Below, piece by piece: positions 6,869 through 15,765 of a DNA stretch of 61,230 bases. The DNA comes from a virus. Taxonomy: Duplodnaviria > Caudoviricetes. The notes beneath the pieces are model-generated. The model was given only the letters and a program-made list of their open reading frames with translations. It was not told the origin of the DNA and ran no database searches. Location of the stretch: the IMG/VR virus record IMGVR_UViG_3300007734_000738, positions 1 through 61,230 of that record; one strand, 5' to 3'. How positions within the stretch are numbered: the stretch's first letter is position 1; the number at the start of each line of letters is the position of its first letter. The translations under genes were made by a program, and so were the position numbers.

Positions 6869-9294
6869 GTCTCGTCGCCCCCACCTCAGAGGAAGCCATC
6901 GAACGCGCCCTCGCGCGCCGGCAATTGGAGTTCTACGAACCCTACCCCAAGCAGCGGGAATTTCACCGACTGGGCGGGGTACCGGGCGTCACAGACCGCC
7001 TGCTCATCGCGGCGAATCAATGTTTTCTTCCAAGTACTCCACTGGAAATGGCGGGGAAGACGCGCCTATGCCGAGAAGTGCTCGGCGAGGAAGGCTTTGC
7101 TGTGCGATCGTGGGATGGTGGATCGCGATGTGTCGAACCAGCCTCGCCTGTATTTCTAAAGGGCATTGCGCCAGGGTATCGGCTACAATTCGCCAACGGC
7201 CAGCACTTCGACTGTTCTGCAGCACATCACGTGCTGACCACAGAGGGCTGGATGACGGTATCCCGGCTTGTGCAGTCATCCTCCGGTGTGCTTTGTGCCG
7301 TCGATGGTCGCCAACGGCTTCTCGAAAATGCGTGGCATGATCCGGGTAAAGCACAAGATTATCGGGCCAATTATGCCACCCAATTCCATCGCGGTGATGG
7401 ACCTCTTCCTCTGCAGTTAGGTATCGTCCGAGCACCACGTCCATCACGAGACGATGTTCGGCAACTCGCCCGTTCCCGAGAACGGCACACGGATGCAGCG
7501 GTGCATAGACCATCACATACTCGTCATTCCCAAGCAACCGGCCCCCTTCCCATTCTGGATGACCCGTCCCAGATCGCGGCCCTGTGCGAGCGGTTTGAAG
7601 ACCCCATCCCGCAGCTCGACGTTCAATGGCCGATTTCGACACTCCGAGCATGGTCGCAATATGTGTCTGCGTATGGCCTTCGGCGAGCCGCGTTCGTAAC
7701 CGACCTTCGTCGACTTTCAACTTCCGCTTCTCGCGAGGCAGCCCTGCAATCTTTCGACGCTGCAGAAACGCTTGCACCATACAGCACGACAGACCGATCG
7801 TCTCGGCAATCTGCTTCCTGGTTTTCCCCTGGGCAAGTAAGGCTTGAATCGTTACGAGATGGTCTTCACACGGAGATCGTCGTCCCATATCGGACTCCTC
7901 AGTTAATAGGTGGAGGACGTATTATAGCCGTCATTCCTCTAGGAGTTCAGCCAATACTAGACTTCACGGTCCCCCGTACGCGCTGTTACGAATCTGGCGG
8001 TGTCCTGCATCACAATTCTGGGAAGACGTGGGCCGCCGGTGCCGAAACCGCCATGCACCTCACTGGACGCTATCCTGACTGGTGGGCCGGCCATCGGTTC
8101 CCCTCCGCCGTGGACTTTTGGGTCTCGTGTACCACGAGCCAATCCACTCGTGACGCCCCGCAACGGGTCCTCCTCGGAAAAGCTGACGACTGGGGTACCG
8201 GCGCGATCCCAGGGCGCTTCATCAAAGACATCAAGAAGGCCGTCCATGGGGTCTCCGACTCCGTCGAGACCGTGCTCGTGGAACACGCGAGCGGGAAGAC
8301 CTCACGTCTGGTCTTCAAGACGTACGATCAAGGGCGCCTCCGGTGGCAAGGAGAAACGCTCGACGGCATCTGGTTCGACGAAGAACCCCCGGCCGATATC
8401 TTCTCGGAAGGGAAGACCCGGCTGCAGGTCCGGCAAGGGATTCTCTATATCACCTTCACCCCGCTGTTGGGGATGACGGAGGTCGTGACACGCTTTTTGA
8501 AAGAAAAGCCCGCCGGTAGTGTCGTCGTTACCATGACGATTCACGACGCCCTCCACTACACGCCGGACCAACGACGACTGATTATTGCCGGGTATCCGGA
8601 GCATGAACGCAAAGCTCGATCAGAAGGCATCCCGATCATGGGATCGGGCCGGGTCTTCCCCATCGACGAAGAACATCTGAAAGAAGTGCCCATTCAAATC
8701 CCCGAGCACTGGCCACGTATCTGCGGCATGGACATCGGGTGGGATCACCCCACCGCCGCGGTCTGGCTCGCCTGGGACCGGGATACCGATACGGTGCATG
8801 TCTACGACGCCTATCGTGTCCGGGAACAAACGCCGATCGTGCATGGGGCCGCCATCAAAGCCCGCGGACCGTGGATCCCTGTGGCCTGGCCCCATGACGG
8901 CTTACAACATGACGCCGGCAGCGGGGCCGTCATCGCCAAACAATATCGCGAACAAGGCGTCAATATGCTGCGACTCAAGTCTACGCACCCCCCAGATAAG
9001 GGGAAGAAGGAAGGCACCGGCGGCTATGGCGTTGAAGCGGGCGTGATGGACATGCTCACCCGGATGCAGACGGGACGTTTTAGAGTCGCCAATCATCTCA
9101 ATGACTGGTTCGAAGAATTTCGCATGTACTATCGCCAAGATGGGTTGATTGCCAAGAAAGATGACGACCTCATGTCCGCCACCCGCATGGCCTGCATGAT
9201 GCTGCGACACGCGACCACGAAACGCGTCATCGCCGACGCGCCAGTCCTCAGCCGATGGGAACCGTCAGATCCCTCCATGGGGGCGTTGGGATAA
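6865..9294 (+). CDS. terL: Terminase large subunit (P22-like), intein-containing
   Basis: After intein removal: Walker A AANQ|SGKT, Walker B IWFDEEPP, TFTPLLGMTEVV, nuclease GMDIGWDHPTA and DDLMSATR. Confidence 0.95.
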   Translation: MSLVAPTSEEAIERALARRQLEFYEPYPKQREFHRLGGVPGVTDRLLIAANQCFLPSTPLEMAGKTRLCREVLGEEGFAVRSWDGGSRCVEPASPVFLKGIAPGYRLQFANGQHFDCSAAHHVLTTEGWMTVSRLVQSSSGVLCAVDGRQRLLENAWHDPGKAQDYRANYATQFHRGDGPLPLQLGIVRAPRPSRDDVRQLARSRERHTDAAVHRPSHTRHSQATGPLPILDDPSQIAALCERFEDPIPQLDVQWPISTLRAWSQYVSAYGLRRAAFVTDLRRLSTSASREAALQSFDAAETLAPYSTTDRSSRQSASWFSPGQVRLESLRDGLHTEIVVPYRTPQLIGGGRIIAVIPLGVQPILDFTVPRTRCYESGGVLHHNSGKTWAAGAETAMHLTGRYPDWWAGHRFPSAVDFWVSCTTSQSTRDAPQRVLLGKADDWGTGAIPGRFIKDIKKAVHGVSDSVETVLVEHASGKTSRLVFKTYDQGRLRWQGETLDGIWFDEEPPADIFSEGKTRLQVRQGILYITFTPLLGMTEVVTRFLKEKPAGSVVVTMTIHDALHYTPDQRRLIIAGYPEHERKARSEGIPIMGSGRVFPIDEEHLKEVPIQIPEHWPRICGMDIGWDHPTAAVWLAWDRDTDTVHVYDAYRVREQTPIVHGAAIKARGPWIPVAWPHDGLQHDAGSGAVIAKQYREQGVNMLRLKSTHPPDKGKKEGTGGYGVEAGVMDMLTRMQTGRFRVANHLNDWFEEFRMYYRQDGLIAKKDDDLMSATRMACMMLRHATTKRVIADAPVLSRWEPSDPSMGALG
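7004..7888 (-). CDS. HTH-HTH-HNH homing endonuclease encoded antisense within the TerL intein
   Basis: Two HTHs (GKTRKQIAETIGLS; GHTQTHIATMLGVSKSAI), HPEWEGGR, VAEHRLVM..VLGRYL..EEEVHHRDGIGWHNWPDNL; GAGGAG 6 nt before the ATG. Confidence 0.88.
   Translation of the reverse strand: MGRRSPCEDHLVTIQALLAQGKTRKQIAETIGLSCCMVQAFLQRRKIAGLPREKRKLKVDEGRLRTRLAEGHTQTHIATMLGVSKSAIERRAAGWGLQTARTGPRSGTGHPEWEGGRLLGNDEYVMVYAPLHPCAVLGNGRVAEHRLVMDVVLGRYLTAEEEVHHRDGIGWHNWPDNLVLYPDHATHFREAVGDHRRHKAHRRMTAQAGIPSSSPLWSARDVLQNSRSAGRWRIVADTLAQCPLEIQARLVRHIAIHHPTIAQQSLPRRALLGIGASSPPFPVEYLEENIDSPR
7021..8016 (+). mobile_element. Intein (332 aa) in the TerL P-loop, with no in-frame endonuclease
   Basis: Starts CFLPST; block B CSAAHHVLTTEGW; blocks F/G ILDFTVPRTRCYESGGVLHHN; +1 residue Ser. 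Confidence 0.92.
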
Positions 9295-9332
9295 CCGACG
9301 AGTGTGCTAGGATAATCAGAGTGGAGGGATGG

Positions 9333-9551
9333 ATGGGCTTGATCAACGAGATGCACCGCAAGCAGTTACCCGAATCGTCCTTTGGACTGCCGGGAGCGCG
9401 CAAGTACCCCATGCCAGACAAAACTCACGCCGCGAACGCGAAGGCGCGTGCAACGCAGATGGTCCACGCCGGGAAGTTGTCGCCGTCCGGTGCGGCAAAA
9501 ATCAACGCCAAAGCCAATAAAATTCTCGGTAAATCCCCCAACAAGAAATAA
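9333..9551 (+). CDS. DUF6582-like small basic protein
   Basis: RKQLPESSFGLPGARKYPMPDKTHAANAKAR motif. Confidence 0.65.
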   Translation: MGLINEMHRKQLPESSFGLPGARKYPMPDKTHAANAKARATQMVHAGKLSPSGAAKINAKANKILGKSPNKK

Positions 9552-9553
9552 CC

Positions 9554-9982
9554 ATGAGGTCATCTATGACACGTTTGCTTCGCACCGGTCTCCTGTTGCT
9601 TGTGCTCCTCGGTCTGATCATACCCCCCGTTGTCTCGGCCGACGCCACCGCCATTGTCGGTGGTCCGGTCAGTGTCACGACCGTCACGAGCGGTGTGACC
9701 ACCAACACCACCTCCGCGATCGCCTCGGTCCAAAATGGACGCAAAAGTATCTTCGGCGAAGTGGTCTGTAGCTCCGGCGCCTGTGTGCAAACGCAAGCCG
9801 TCTATGGGACGTTCTATCCCACCGCCGTCAACGGCATCCTCCTCTGTACGTTGACGCTTTCCGGCACCACGCGTGCACAAGACGCCTGCCCGGTGGCGAC
9901 ATTCGCCTTCCCCTATGTCTATGTCATCACGACAGCCACAAGTGGCACCGCGGCCACGGGAGCGGTCTATGTGGGCTATTAA
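9554..9982 (+). CDS. Hypothetical protein with signal-peptide-like N-terminus, Thr-rich
   Basis: Hydrophobic N-terminus ending VSA|D; beta-rich composition. Confidence 0.6.
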   Translation: MRSSMTRLLRTGLLLLVLLGLIIPPVVSADATAIVGGPVSVTTVTSGVTTNTTSAIASVQNGRKSIFGEVVCSSGACVQTQAVYGTFYPTAVNGILLCTLTLSGTTRAQDACPVATFAFPYVYVITTATSGTAATGAVYVGY

Positions 9983-10394
9983 ACGCCAACTCCTCCTACT
10001 CAGTCTCAACATCGCACTACTCGTCTCACCCGCCTGGGCTGATGGAACCTTAACGGCAGCCGCCGTGGAAACCATCACACATTCCAGTGCTGAGGTGGAC
10101 ACCTCGTTTAGCTACAACACCCCCACGACCGGAGCAACGATTACCCCGGCTGTGGGTGAACAACGTACCATCATCAACCCCGCAGGCACCATTGCCACCC
10201 TCACAATTAACACCCCTGCAAGCCCTGTCAATGGGCAAATCTGGGGCTATGCCTCCACACAAATTGTGACCGCGCTCACCATCACTGGCACAAGGGGCGC
10301 AACGGTGGTGGCCCCCCTCACCTCATTAGCCGTGGATGGAAATGCGCGTATGATCTATCGCACGACAGGGACATCCTGGTATCCGGCACCATAA
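9969..10394 (+). CDS. Hypothetical protein with signal-peptide-like N-terminus and tail-fibre-like beta domain
   Basis: AWA|D; INPAGTIATLTINTPASPVNGQ motif. Confidence 0.6.
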   Translation: MWAIKRQLLLLSLNIALLVSPAWADGTLTAAAVETITHSSAEVDTSFSYNTPTTGATITPAVGEQRTIINPAGTIATLTINTPASPVNGQIWGYASTQIVTALTITGTRGATVVAPLTSLAVDGNARMIYRTTGTSWYPAP

Positions 10395-10419
10395 TTTTTC
10401 ACCCAGTGTGGAGTTGATA

Positions 10420-10692
10420 ATGAAACACGTCATACTGGTCGCCATGCTAATGTTACTCATTGTCTCTCCCGCCTTCGCTGTGGATGTCACGATCACATTG
10501 ACGGCGGGACAAGCCACGAGATTCGCGGCTGTGTGTGGGGTAGCGAAACAGTTGGGTCGTGCCTGTACATTGATCGAATCAAAGGCATTCGTGATTGAGC
10601 GCTTACGACAGGTCGTTATCGATTATGAAGGATCTATGGCCAACAAAGCCGCCACGGATGCCGTCGTCATTCCGGCGTTTGATCCCTCCTAA
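10420..10692 (+). CDS. Hypothetical protein with signal-peptide-like N-terminus
   Basis: MKHVILVAMLMLLIVSPAFA|V. Confidence 0.6.
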   Translation: MKHVILVAMLMLLIVSPAFAVDVTITLTAGQATRFAAVCGVAKQLGRACTLIESKAFVIERLRQVVIDYEGSMANKAATDAVVIPAFDPS

Positions 10693-10698
10693 CGCACT

Positions 10699-11190
10699 AT
10701 GGGACTCACGATCGCACAACTCCATCTTGCCCCCTACGCCCGCATGGGCGCTGAATGGGCACTCGCACGCCACCCAGGCCTTGTGTTTACCTCGGGACGC
10801 CGTGACGTGCTCGATCAAGCGCGCGTGATGGCCCAGAACGTGGTGCGGCACGGTCGCCAGTGGGTGACACAGACGTATCAGCCCTCCCCGCTCATTACCA
10901 CCTTGCAGGAATGGCTCCATCGGCACGATGACATTCGCGAGACCAAACAAATCGCCGAGGGATTCTACGACTGCCTGCTAGCCTGTCATAGCGGGGAACT
11001 AACCCGGCTTTCACGGCATCTCACGGGAGACGCGTGGGATGCCGCCTGGCCGGGTGACGTGGAGGGTGCCTCGATCGTCGACGACATCGCCATCAATATG
11101 CCAGCGGAATACGGGTTTGACAAAGTTATCGATCGTGAAGGTGGACTCCGTGTGATTCATGTTCAATTTGCGCCAAGTGTGGAGACCTAA
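10699..11190 (+). CDS. Endolysin, peptidase M15-like
   Basis: TSGRR..QAR, SRHLTGDAWD and C-terminal HVQF zinc-peptidase pattern; next to holin and spanin candidates. Confidence 0.75.
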   Translation: MGLTIAQLHLAPYARMGAEWALARHPGLVFTSGRRDVLDQARVMAQNVVRHGRQWVTQTYQPSPLITTLQEWLHRHDDIRETKQIAEGFYDCLLACHSGELTRLSRHLTGDAWDAAWPGDVEGASIVDDIAINMPAEYGFDKVIDREGGLRVIHVQFAPSVET

Positions 11191-11454
11191 ATGACCATTC
11201 CAGAATGGGTAGCGATCATCTTTGCCACCGTCGTCTGTGCCGTGATTGGTTGGGGTGTAACACGTCTCGTGAAAGCCATCGACGATGCCATCGCCTCGCT
11301 GAAAGAAATTGACGAACGACTCGACGCCATCTCGATTAGTCACGGGAAGTCCGCGATGTGGATGACCATGCATGAGGATTCCGACAATCGCCGATTCGGC
11401 GAAGTGAAAGAGCGAATTGTTGACTTAGCAGAACGGGTGACGAACCGACACTAA
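11191..11454 (+). CDS. Single-TM holin/antiholin-like protein
   Basis: N-terminal TM helix plus coiled coil; lysis cassette position. Confidence 0.55.
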   Translation: MTIPEWVAIIFATVVCAVIGWGVTRLVKAIDDAIASLKEIDERLDAISISHGKSAMWMTMHEDSDNRRFGEVKERIVDLAERVTNRH

Positions 11455-11506
11455 ACGAGCACCTTTCCGAGAATTGCACGAACGCCAAATAACCAAGGAG
11501 ACTACG

Positions 11507-11782
11507 ATGCAGAATATCTTAGGGGCCTCATGGAAAACGACCGTCATCGGATTCATCGGTGCGGTACTGAATTACTTTGTCACTCTCGGGCCGAACTTGC
11601 CCGTCACGAGCGCGGACTGGGGGCATGCCGCCGTGTCAGCGATGATCTTTGCCTTTGGTACGATGACCAAAGACGCGAACGTCACAAATTCTCAGCATCC
11701 GGCAGAAGCCACCGCGGTCAGTCAAATTGCCGCTGTGACCCCGAACCCGGCCGCGATCACGCCGACGCCAGCCGAGAAGTAA
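11507..11782 (+). CDS. Holin (2 TM)
   Basis: SWKTTVIGFIGA...FGTMTKDANVT pattern with two TM segments. Confidence 0.7.
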   Translation: MQNILGASWKTTVIGFIGAVLNYFVTLGPNLPVTSADWGHAAVSAMIFAFGTMTKDANVTNSQHPAEATAVSQIAAVTPNPAAITPTPAEK

Positions 11783-11785
11783 TTC

Positions 11786-11968
11786 ATGTTCACGGCACTC
11801 TTCGCCTTTCTCACAGCGTTGCTGGCGGGATTGCCGCAATTACTCATGATGATCGAAGCGAGAACCGCCAAGAGGAATAATGAGACGCACGCACTCGCCC
11901 AGGTGGAAGTCAATGAGTTGGATGCTGCTATGCAGCGTGTGGATGATGAGCTGCGCCCACACCCCTGA
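11786..11968 (+). CDS. i-spanin-like membrane protein
   Basis: N-terminal TM; overlaps a lipoprotein-like ORF. Confidence 0.5.
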   Translation: MFTALFAFLTALLAGLPQLLMMIEARTAKRNNETHALAQVEVNELDAAMQRVDDELRPHP

Positions 11969-12104
11969 GCCGTTCTTCTGTTCCGTATCGATCGCCTACG
12001 ACGCGCAGGGGCAGGTGGATCCCACGATGTATCGTGTCGCACGCGGCTGTCTCAAGGGTTTGAGCGCGCGCGTGCGTGCGTGTTATAAGGACACCCCCCA
12101 ATGA
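11913..12104 (+). CDS. o-spanin-like lipoprotein
   Basis: MSWMLLCSVWMMS|CAH lipobox-like sequence, overlapping the previous gene in another frame; implies a Gram-negative host. Confidence 0.5.
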   Translation: MSWMLLCSVWMMSCAHTPEPFFCSVSIAYDAQGQVDPTMYRVARGCLKGLSARVRACYKDTPQ

Positions 12105-14566
12105 GTCGAGACATTTCGTCCGTACAATTACCCGATGAGATTCAGGCGCTACTGTCTTCGGATGCCCATCCAGACGACGAACTCTTGCAGAACATTGGTA
12201 TAGCCCTCGCCGCAAAACGAACCGATGCGATTGCCTTCCGCAAATCGAGTGGCATCGAAGAGACCTGGACGATGTGCGAGGAAGCCTACATCGGGATCGA
12301 TGACATGAACCGGAGTGAATACAACGCCGGGAAGTGGGTCAAGTCCCCGACGTTGAATGGGCCGATCACCGCGCCGAACGGCGTCGTACGATCCTCAAAT
12401 GACGATCCACGCTCGACCGCCTTTGTCCGGTTGACGGGTCGGTATGTCGACGCCGGTGCGGCCAAGATCGGCGAGATCCTCCTGCAGATTGACGATAAAC
12501 CATTCAGCTTTTCCCCCGATCCCGTGCAGGATCTTCGTGACGGATTGAAAGATCACACGCCGGTCCATCATGAGGGCGTGCCACTGCAACGTACCCTCTC
12601 TCCGCAGGACCCCATGGGCACGCAGGGCGCCACAAATCCCGCATCCCTCCCCCTGACCACGAAAGACCTCGCACAAGAAGCCATCGACAAACTCAAAGAT
12701 TCCGCCGATCTCGCCGAGAAGCGGGTCTATGGATGGATGCTCAACGGACAGCACCATCGGGAGATGCGCAAAGTCATCTTTGACGCGGCACGTATCGGTG
12801 TCGGCGTATTGAAAGGTCCGTATCCGGATTTACGACGTCGTGTGCGCATCGAGACCGACGCCAAGGGCGCACGAAATGTCACGACCGACTACCAGTTGGT
12901 CCCGACTGATTGTTGGGTCGATCCCTGGAATGTCTATCCCGATCCGGGGTGTGGAGAAAACATTCGCGACGGCTCCTATTTGTTCGAACGCGTGCGGGTA
13001 TCGGACAAACAAATTCGCGATCTCAAGGATCTTCCAGGCTATCTGAACGAGCAAATTAAGAAAGTGTTGGCGCACCGACCCTCGACCGCGAAAGCGGATG
13101 GGCAAAATCCCAACGAACACGACACGCGCGAACAATACGAGATGTGGCACTTTCACGGCACCCTTAAACGCAGTGAGTTTGCCTGCATCAATCAGCAAGC
13201 CTGCGAGGACGTCCCGGCCTCGAACGACCTCGTCTATGCGGTCGTCACGATGGTCGATGATATCGTCATTCGCGGCACCATCAACCCCTTAAACTCCGGG
13301 GAAATTCCTTACCATTCCGTCCCCTGGCAGCGCCGCACCGGGTATTGGGCTGGTATCGGCGTGGCGGAACAAATCTTTGTGCCCCAACGCATCACGAATG
13401 CGGCCACCCGCGCGCTTCTCAATAACGGTGGTCTCTCGGCCGGACCACAGATTGTGGTGACGCGCAGCGCCGTCACCCCGGCGAATGGGGACTGGCGTCT
13501 CACCCCCAATAAGATTTGGTACGCCGCGAACGATGGCGTGATTGATGATGTGCGAAAAGCGTTTCTCTCCTTCGACATTGGCAATGTCGGAGATGAGATG
13601 ATGCAGATCGTGAACTACGGGATGAAACTCGCCGAGGAATCCACGAGCATTCCCTTGATCACGCAGGGGCAATCGGGCAACAGTCAGCCCGAGACCTACG
13701 GGGCTACGCAACTCCAAAACAATAACGCCAATCAATTGCTGCGGAGTATCGGGTACGCCTTTGACTATTACATAACCGAGCCCCTGGTCCGGATGTATTA
13801 TGAGTATCTCCTCCTCGACCCGAACGTCCCGGAGAACGAGAAGGGTAATTTTGCGATCGACGCGCACGGATCCATTGCGATGATCGAACGATCCATCCAA
13901 GATCAGACCATCGCTCAGATGACGCCATTGGCGCAAAACCCCATGTTCGGCGTGGATCCGAAGAAGTGGTTCGCCGTCTTGGCCAAGAGTAAACGCCTCG
14001 ATCCGCGCATGTTTCAGTACACGAAAGAAGAACAAGAGAAATTGGATCAACAGCCCAAACCCGAAGCCCCGGTCGTGGCAGTGGCCAAGATCAAAGCCCA
14101 GACCGCGCAGATGCAAATGCAGTTGGATGCGAAACTCGCGCAGGAAGAAAATACGCTCAATTTGGAAATCGAACGGTTAAATATCCAGGCCGCGAAGGAA
14201 ACCGAACAGTTACGGAATACCACCGCCCAACTGCGCGTCAAGATGGACACCGATCGCGATACCGTCTACGTCGAGAGTGAGATGAAGAAGGCGCAAGCCA
14301 ACTTCCAATCGGAAATGGAAACGCTGCGTCTCAAGAAAGAGTTGGCGATGATTGATTTCTCGGCCAAACATAATTTGAATATCGAAAATGTCAAAGCGAA
14401 ACTCGCCGACACCACGATGCGATTGCAGGCACAGAAAGAGTTGGCGGCGATGGACAAGCATGTACGTTTGACAGAACACACCACGCCATCCGCATCAGAT
14501 ATTTTGAAACCTCCAGCACAGGCCCCCGGTAAAGCCCAGGCGGGTCGGGAATTCTCACAATTGTGA
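12101..14566 (+). CDS. Portal protein
   Basis: 821 aa; FDAARIGVGVLKGP, VDPWNVYPDP, long C-terminal coiled-coil barrel; genomic position. Confidence 0.88.
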   Translation: MSRDISSVQLPDEIQALLSSDAHPDDELLQNIGIALAAKRTDAIAFRKSSGIEETWTMCEEAYIGIDDMNRSEYNAGKWVKSPTLNGPITAPNGVVRSSNDDPRSTAFVRLTGRYVDAGAAKIGEILLQIDDKPFSFSPDPVQDLRDGLKDHTPVHHEGVPLQRTLSPQDPMGTQGATNPASLPLTTKDLAQEAIDKLKDSADLAEKRVYGWMLNGQHHREMRKVIFDAARIGVGVLKGPYPDLRRRVRIETDAKGARNVTTDYQLVPTDCWVDPWNVYPDPGCGENIRDGSYLFERVRVSDKQIRDLKDLPGYLNEQIKKVLAHRPSTAKADGQNPNEHDTREQYEMWHFHGTLKRSEFACINQQACEDVPASNDLVYAVVTMVDDIVIRGTINPLNSGEIPYHSVPWQRRTGYWAGIGVAEQIFVPQRITNAATRALLNNGGLSAGPQIVVTRSAVTPANGDWRLTPNKIWYAANDGVIDDVRKAFLSFDIGNVGDEMMQIVNYGMKLAEESTSIPLITQGQSGNSQPETYGATQLQNNNANQLLRSIGYAFDYYITEPLVRMYYEYLLLDPNVPENEKGNFAIDAHGSIAMIERSIQDQTIAQMTPLAQNPMFGVDPKKWFAVLAKSKRLDPRMFQYTKEEQEKLDQQPKPEAPVVAVAKIKAQTAQMQMQLDAKLAQEENTLNLEIERLNIQAAKETEQLRNTTAQLRVKMDTDRDTVYVESEMKKAQANFQSEMETLRLKKELAMIDFSAKHNLNIENVKAKLADTTMRLQAQKELAAMDKHVRLTEHTTPSASDILKPPAQAPGKAQAGREFSQL

Positions 14567-14577
14567 TAGGATAATTC

Positions 14578-14775
14578 ATGGATGTGATTACCAATAGCGA
14601 TCGCACCAGCCCCACCTGGGGGAAGATTCAACGGCTCTGTCAGACGCGCATTCTCGAAGCCCAACAGCAACTGGAATCCGCATTGCCGATCGAGTCGACC
14701 AACATTGTACGCGGACGGATCATTGCCTGGAGAGAACTCGAACGACTCGATCGTGACGAACCGATTGTGCCCTAA
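14578..14775 (+). CDS. Small conserved post-portal protein
   Basis: TWGKIQ...TNIVRGRIIAWREL pattern. Confidence 0.6.
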   Translation: MDVITNSDRTSPTWGKIQRLCQTRILEAQQQLESALPIESTNIVRGRIIAWRELERLDRDEPIVP

Positions 14776-14854
14776 CCCGTCGCCTGGGATCGTCCCACAC
14801 GACATTCTTGGAGGCTCATCTACGCCCCGGCGCCGATGAGGAAGGTGAGAGCGG

Positions 14855-15748
14855 ATGGAGATCACAGACCTGAAGGTGGAGACGAAGGAGCCAAGCGCCG
14901 AAGACGAAGCCGCGGCCTTTGCGTCGGGGTATGGAGAGACGATCGAAGAACCTACGGTGACGGCCTCGCCGGTTATCGAGACCGTCACCCAGACACCGGT
15001 CGTGCAGGAGACCGTGATTCCCGTTGACGCCCCGGCCACGATCTCAGACGCGCAGTTCAAAGAGTTACTCGCCAAGGTTGGATCGATTGATGAGATTCGA
15101 TCGGCTGTCGAGAAACTCCGCGGCGACGCATTTGGGAAAGTAGGTGGACTCGAACGGACCCTCAAATCCCTTCAGGACTCGACCCCGATTGGTCAACCGA
15201 TCGAGGTGTCCGCATCAGATCTCGCAGAGTTGGAAGCCGAATTTCCTGGGTTGAATCTCGGTCCCAGTTTAGCCAAAGGACTCACACGAGTCTTGAGCAA
15301 GATGAAAGGCGCCGGTGCCCCAAGTCTGACGCGCGACGAGATGGCGGCAGAACTGGATGCGCGGGCGCAACGCGATGACATCGCACGCCAAGAGGAACAC
15401 AAACAGATCGCGTTCGAACGACTGACCGATCTCCATGAAGATTGGCAAGAAGTGGTCGGTCCTGCCAACAGCACGACCGAGTTCCGCACCTGGCTCAAGA
15501 AGGAAGGTGCGGAGAAAGAAGCGGCGTTCTTGAATTCATGGGATCCTCGGCATATTGCGAAAGTGGTCACGAGTTTCAAGGAGCGTACACGCACACCGGC
15601 AGGAGGGAAGCCCCCCGTAGTAGCGGTGAATACCAGAAGTCAACGATTGGCGGAAGCCGTCCCGGCTAAAGGCGGGGGCATGGCTCCAGCCAAATCTAAA
15701 CAAAGCGAAGATGAAGCCGCCTTTGAAGCCGGCTTTGCCACACGATAA
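14855..15748 (+). CDS. Scaffolding protein (probable)
   Basis: Acidic and helical; AAFASGY and AAFEAGF motifs at the ends; immediately upstream of the MCP. Confidence 0.7.
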   Translation: MEITDLKVETKEPSAEDEAAAFASGYGETIEEPTVTASPVIETVTQTPVVQETVIPVDAPATISDAQFKELLAKVGSIDEIRSAVEKLRGDAFGKVGGLERTLKSLQDSTPIGQPIEVSASDLAELEAEFPGLNLGPSLAKGLTRVLSKMKGAGAPSLTRDEMAAELDARAQRDDIARQEEHKQIAFERLTDLHEDWQEVVGPANSTTEFRTWLKKEGAEKEAAFLNSWDPRHIAKVVTSFKERTRTPAGGKPPVVAVNTRSQRLAEAVPAKGGGMAPAKSKQSEDEAAFEAGFATR

Positions 15749-15765
15749 ACAAGGAGTCGTCTATC

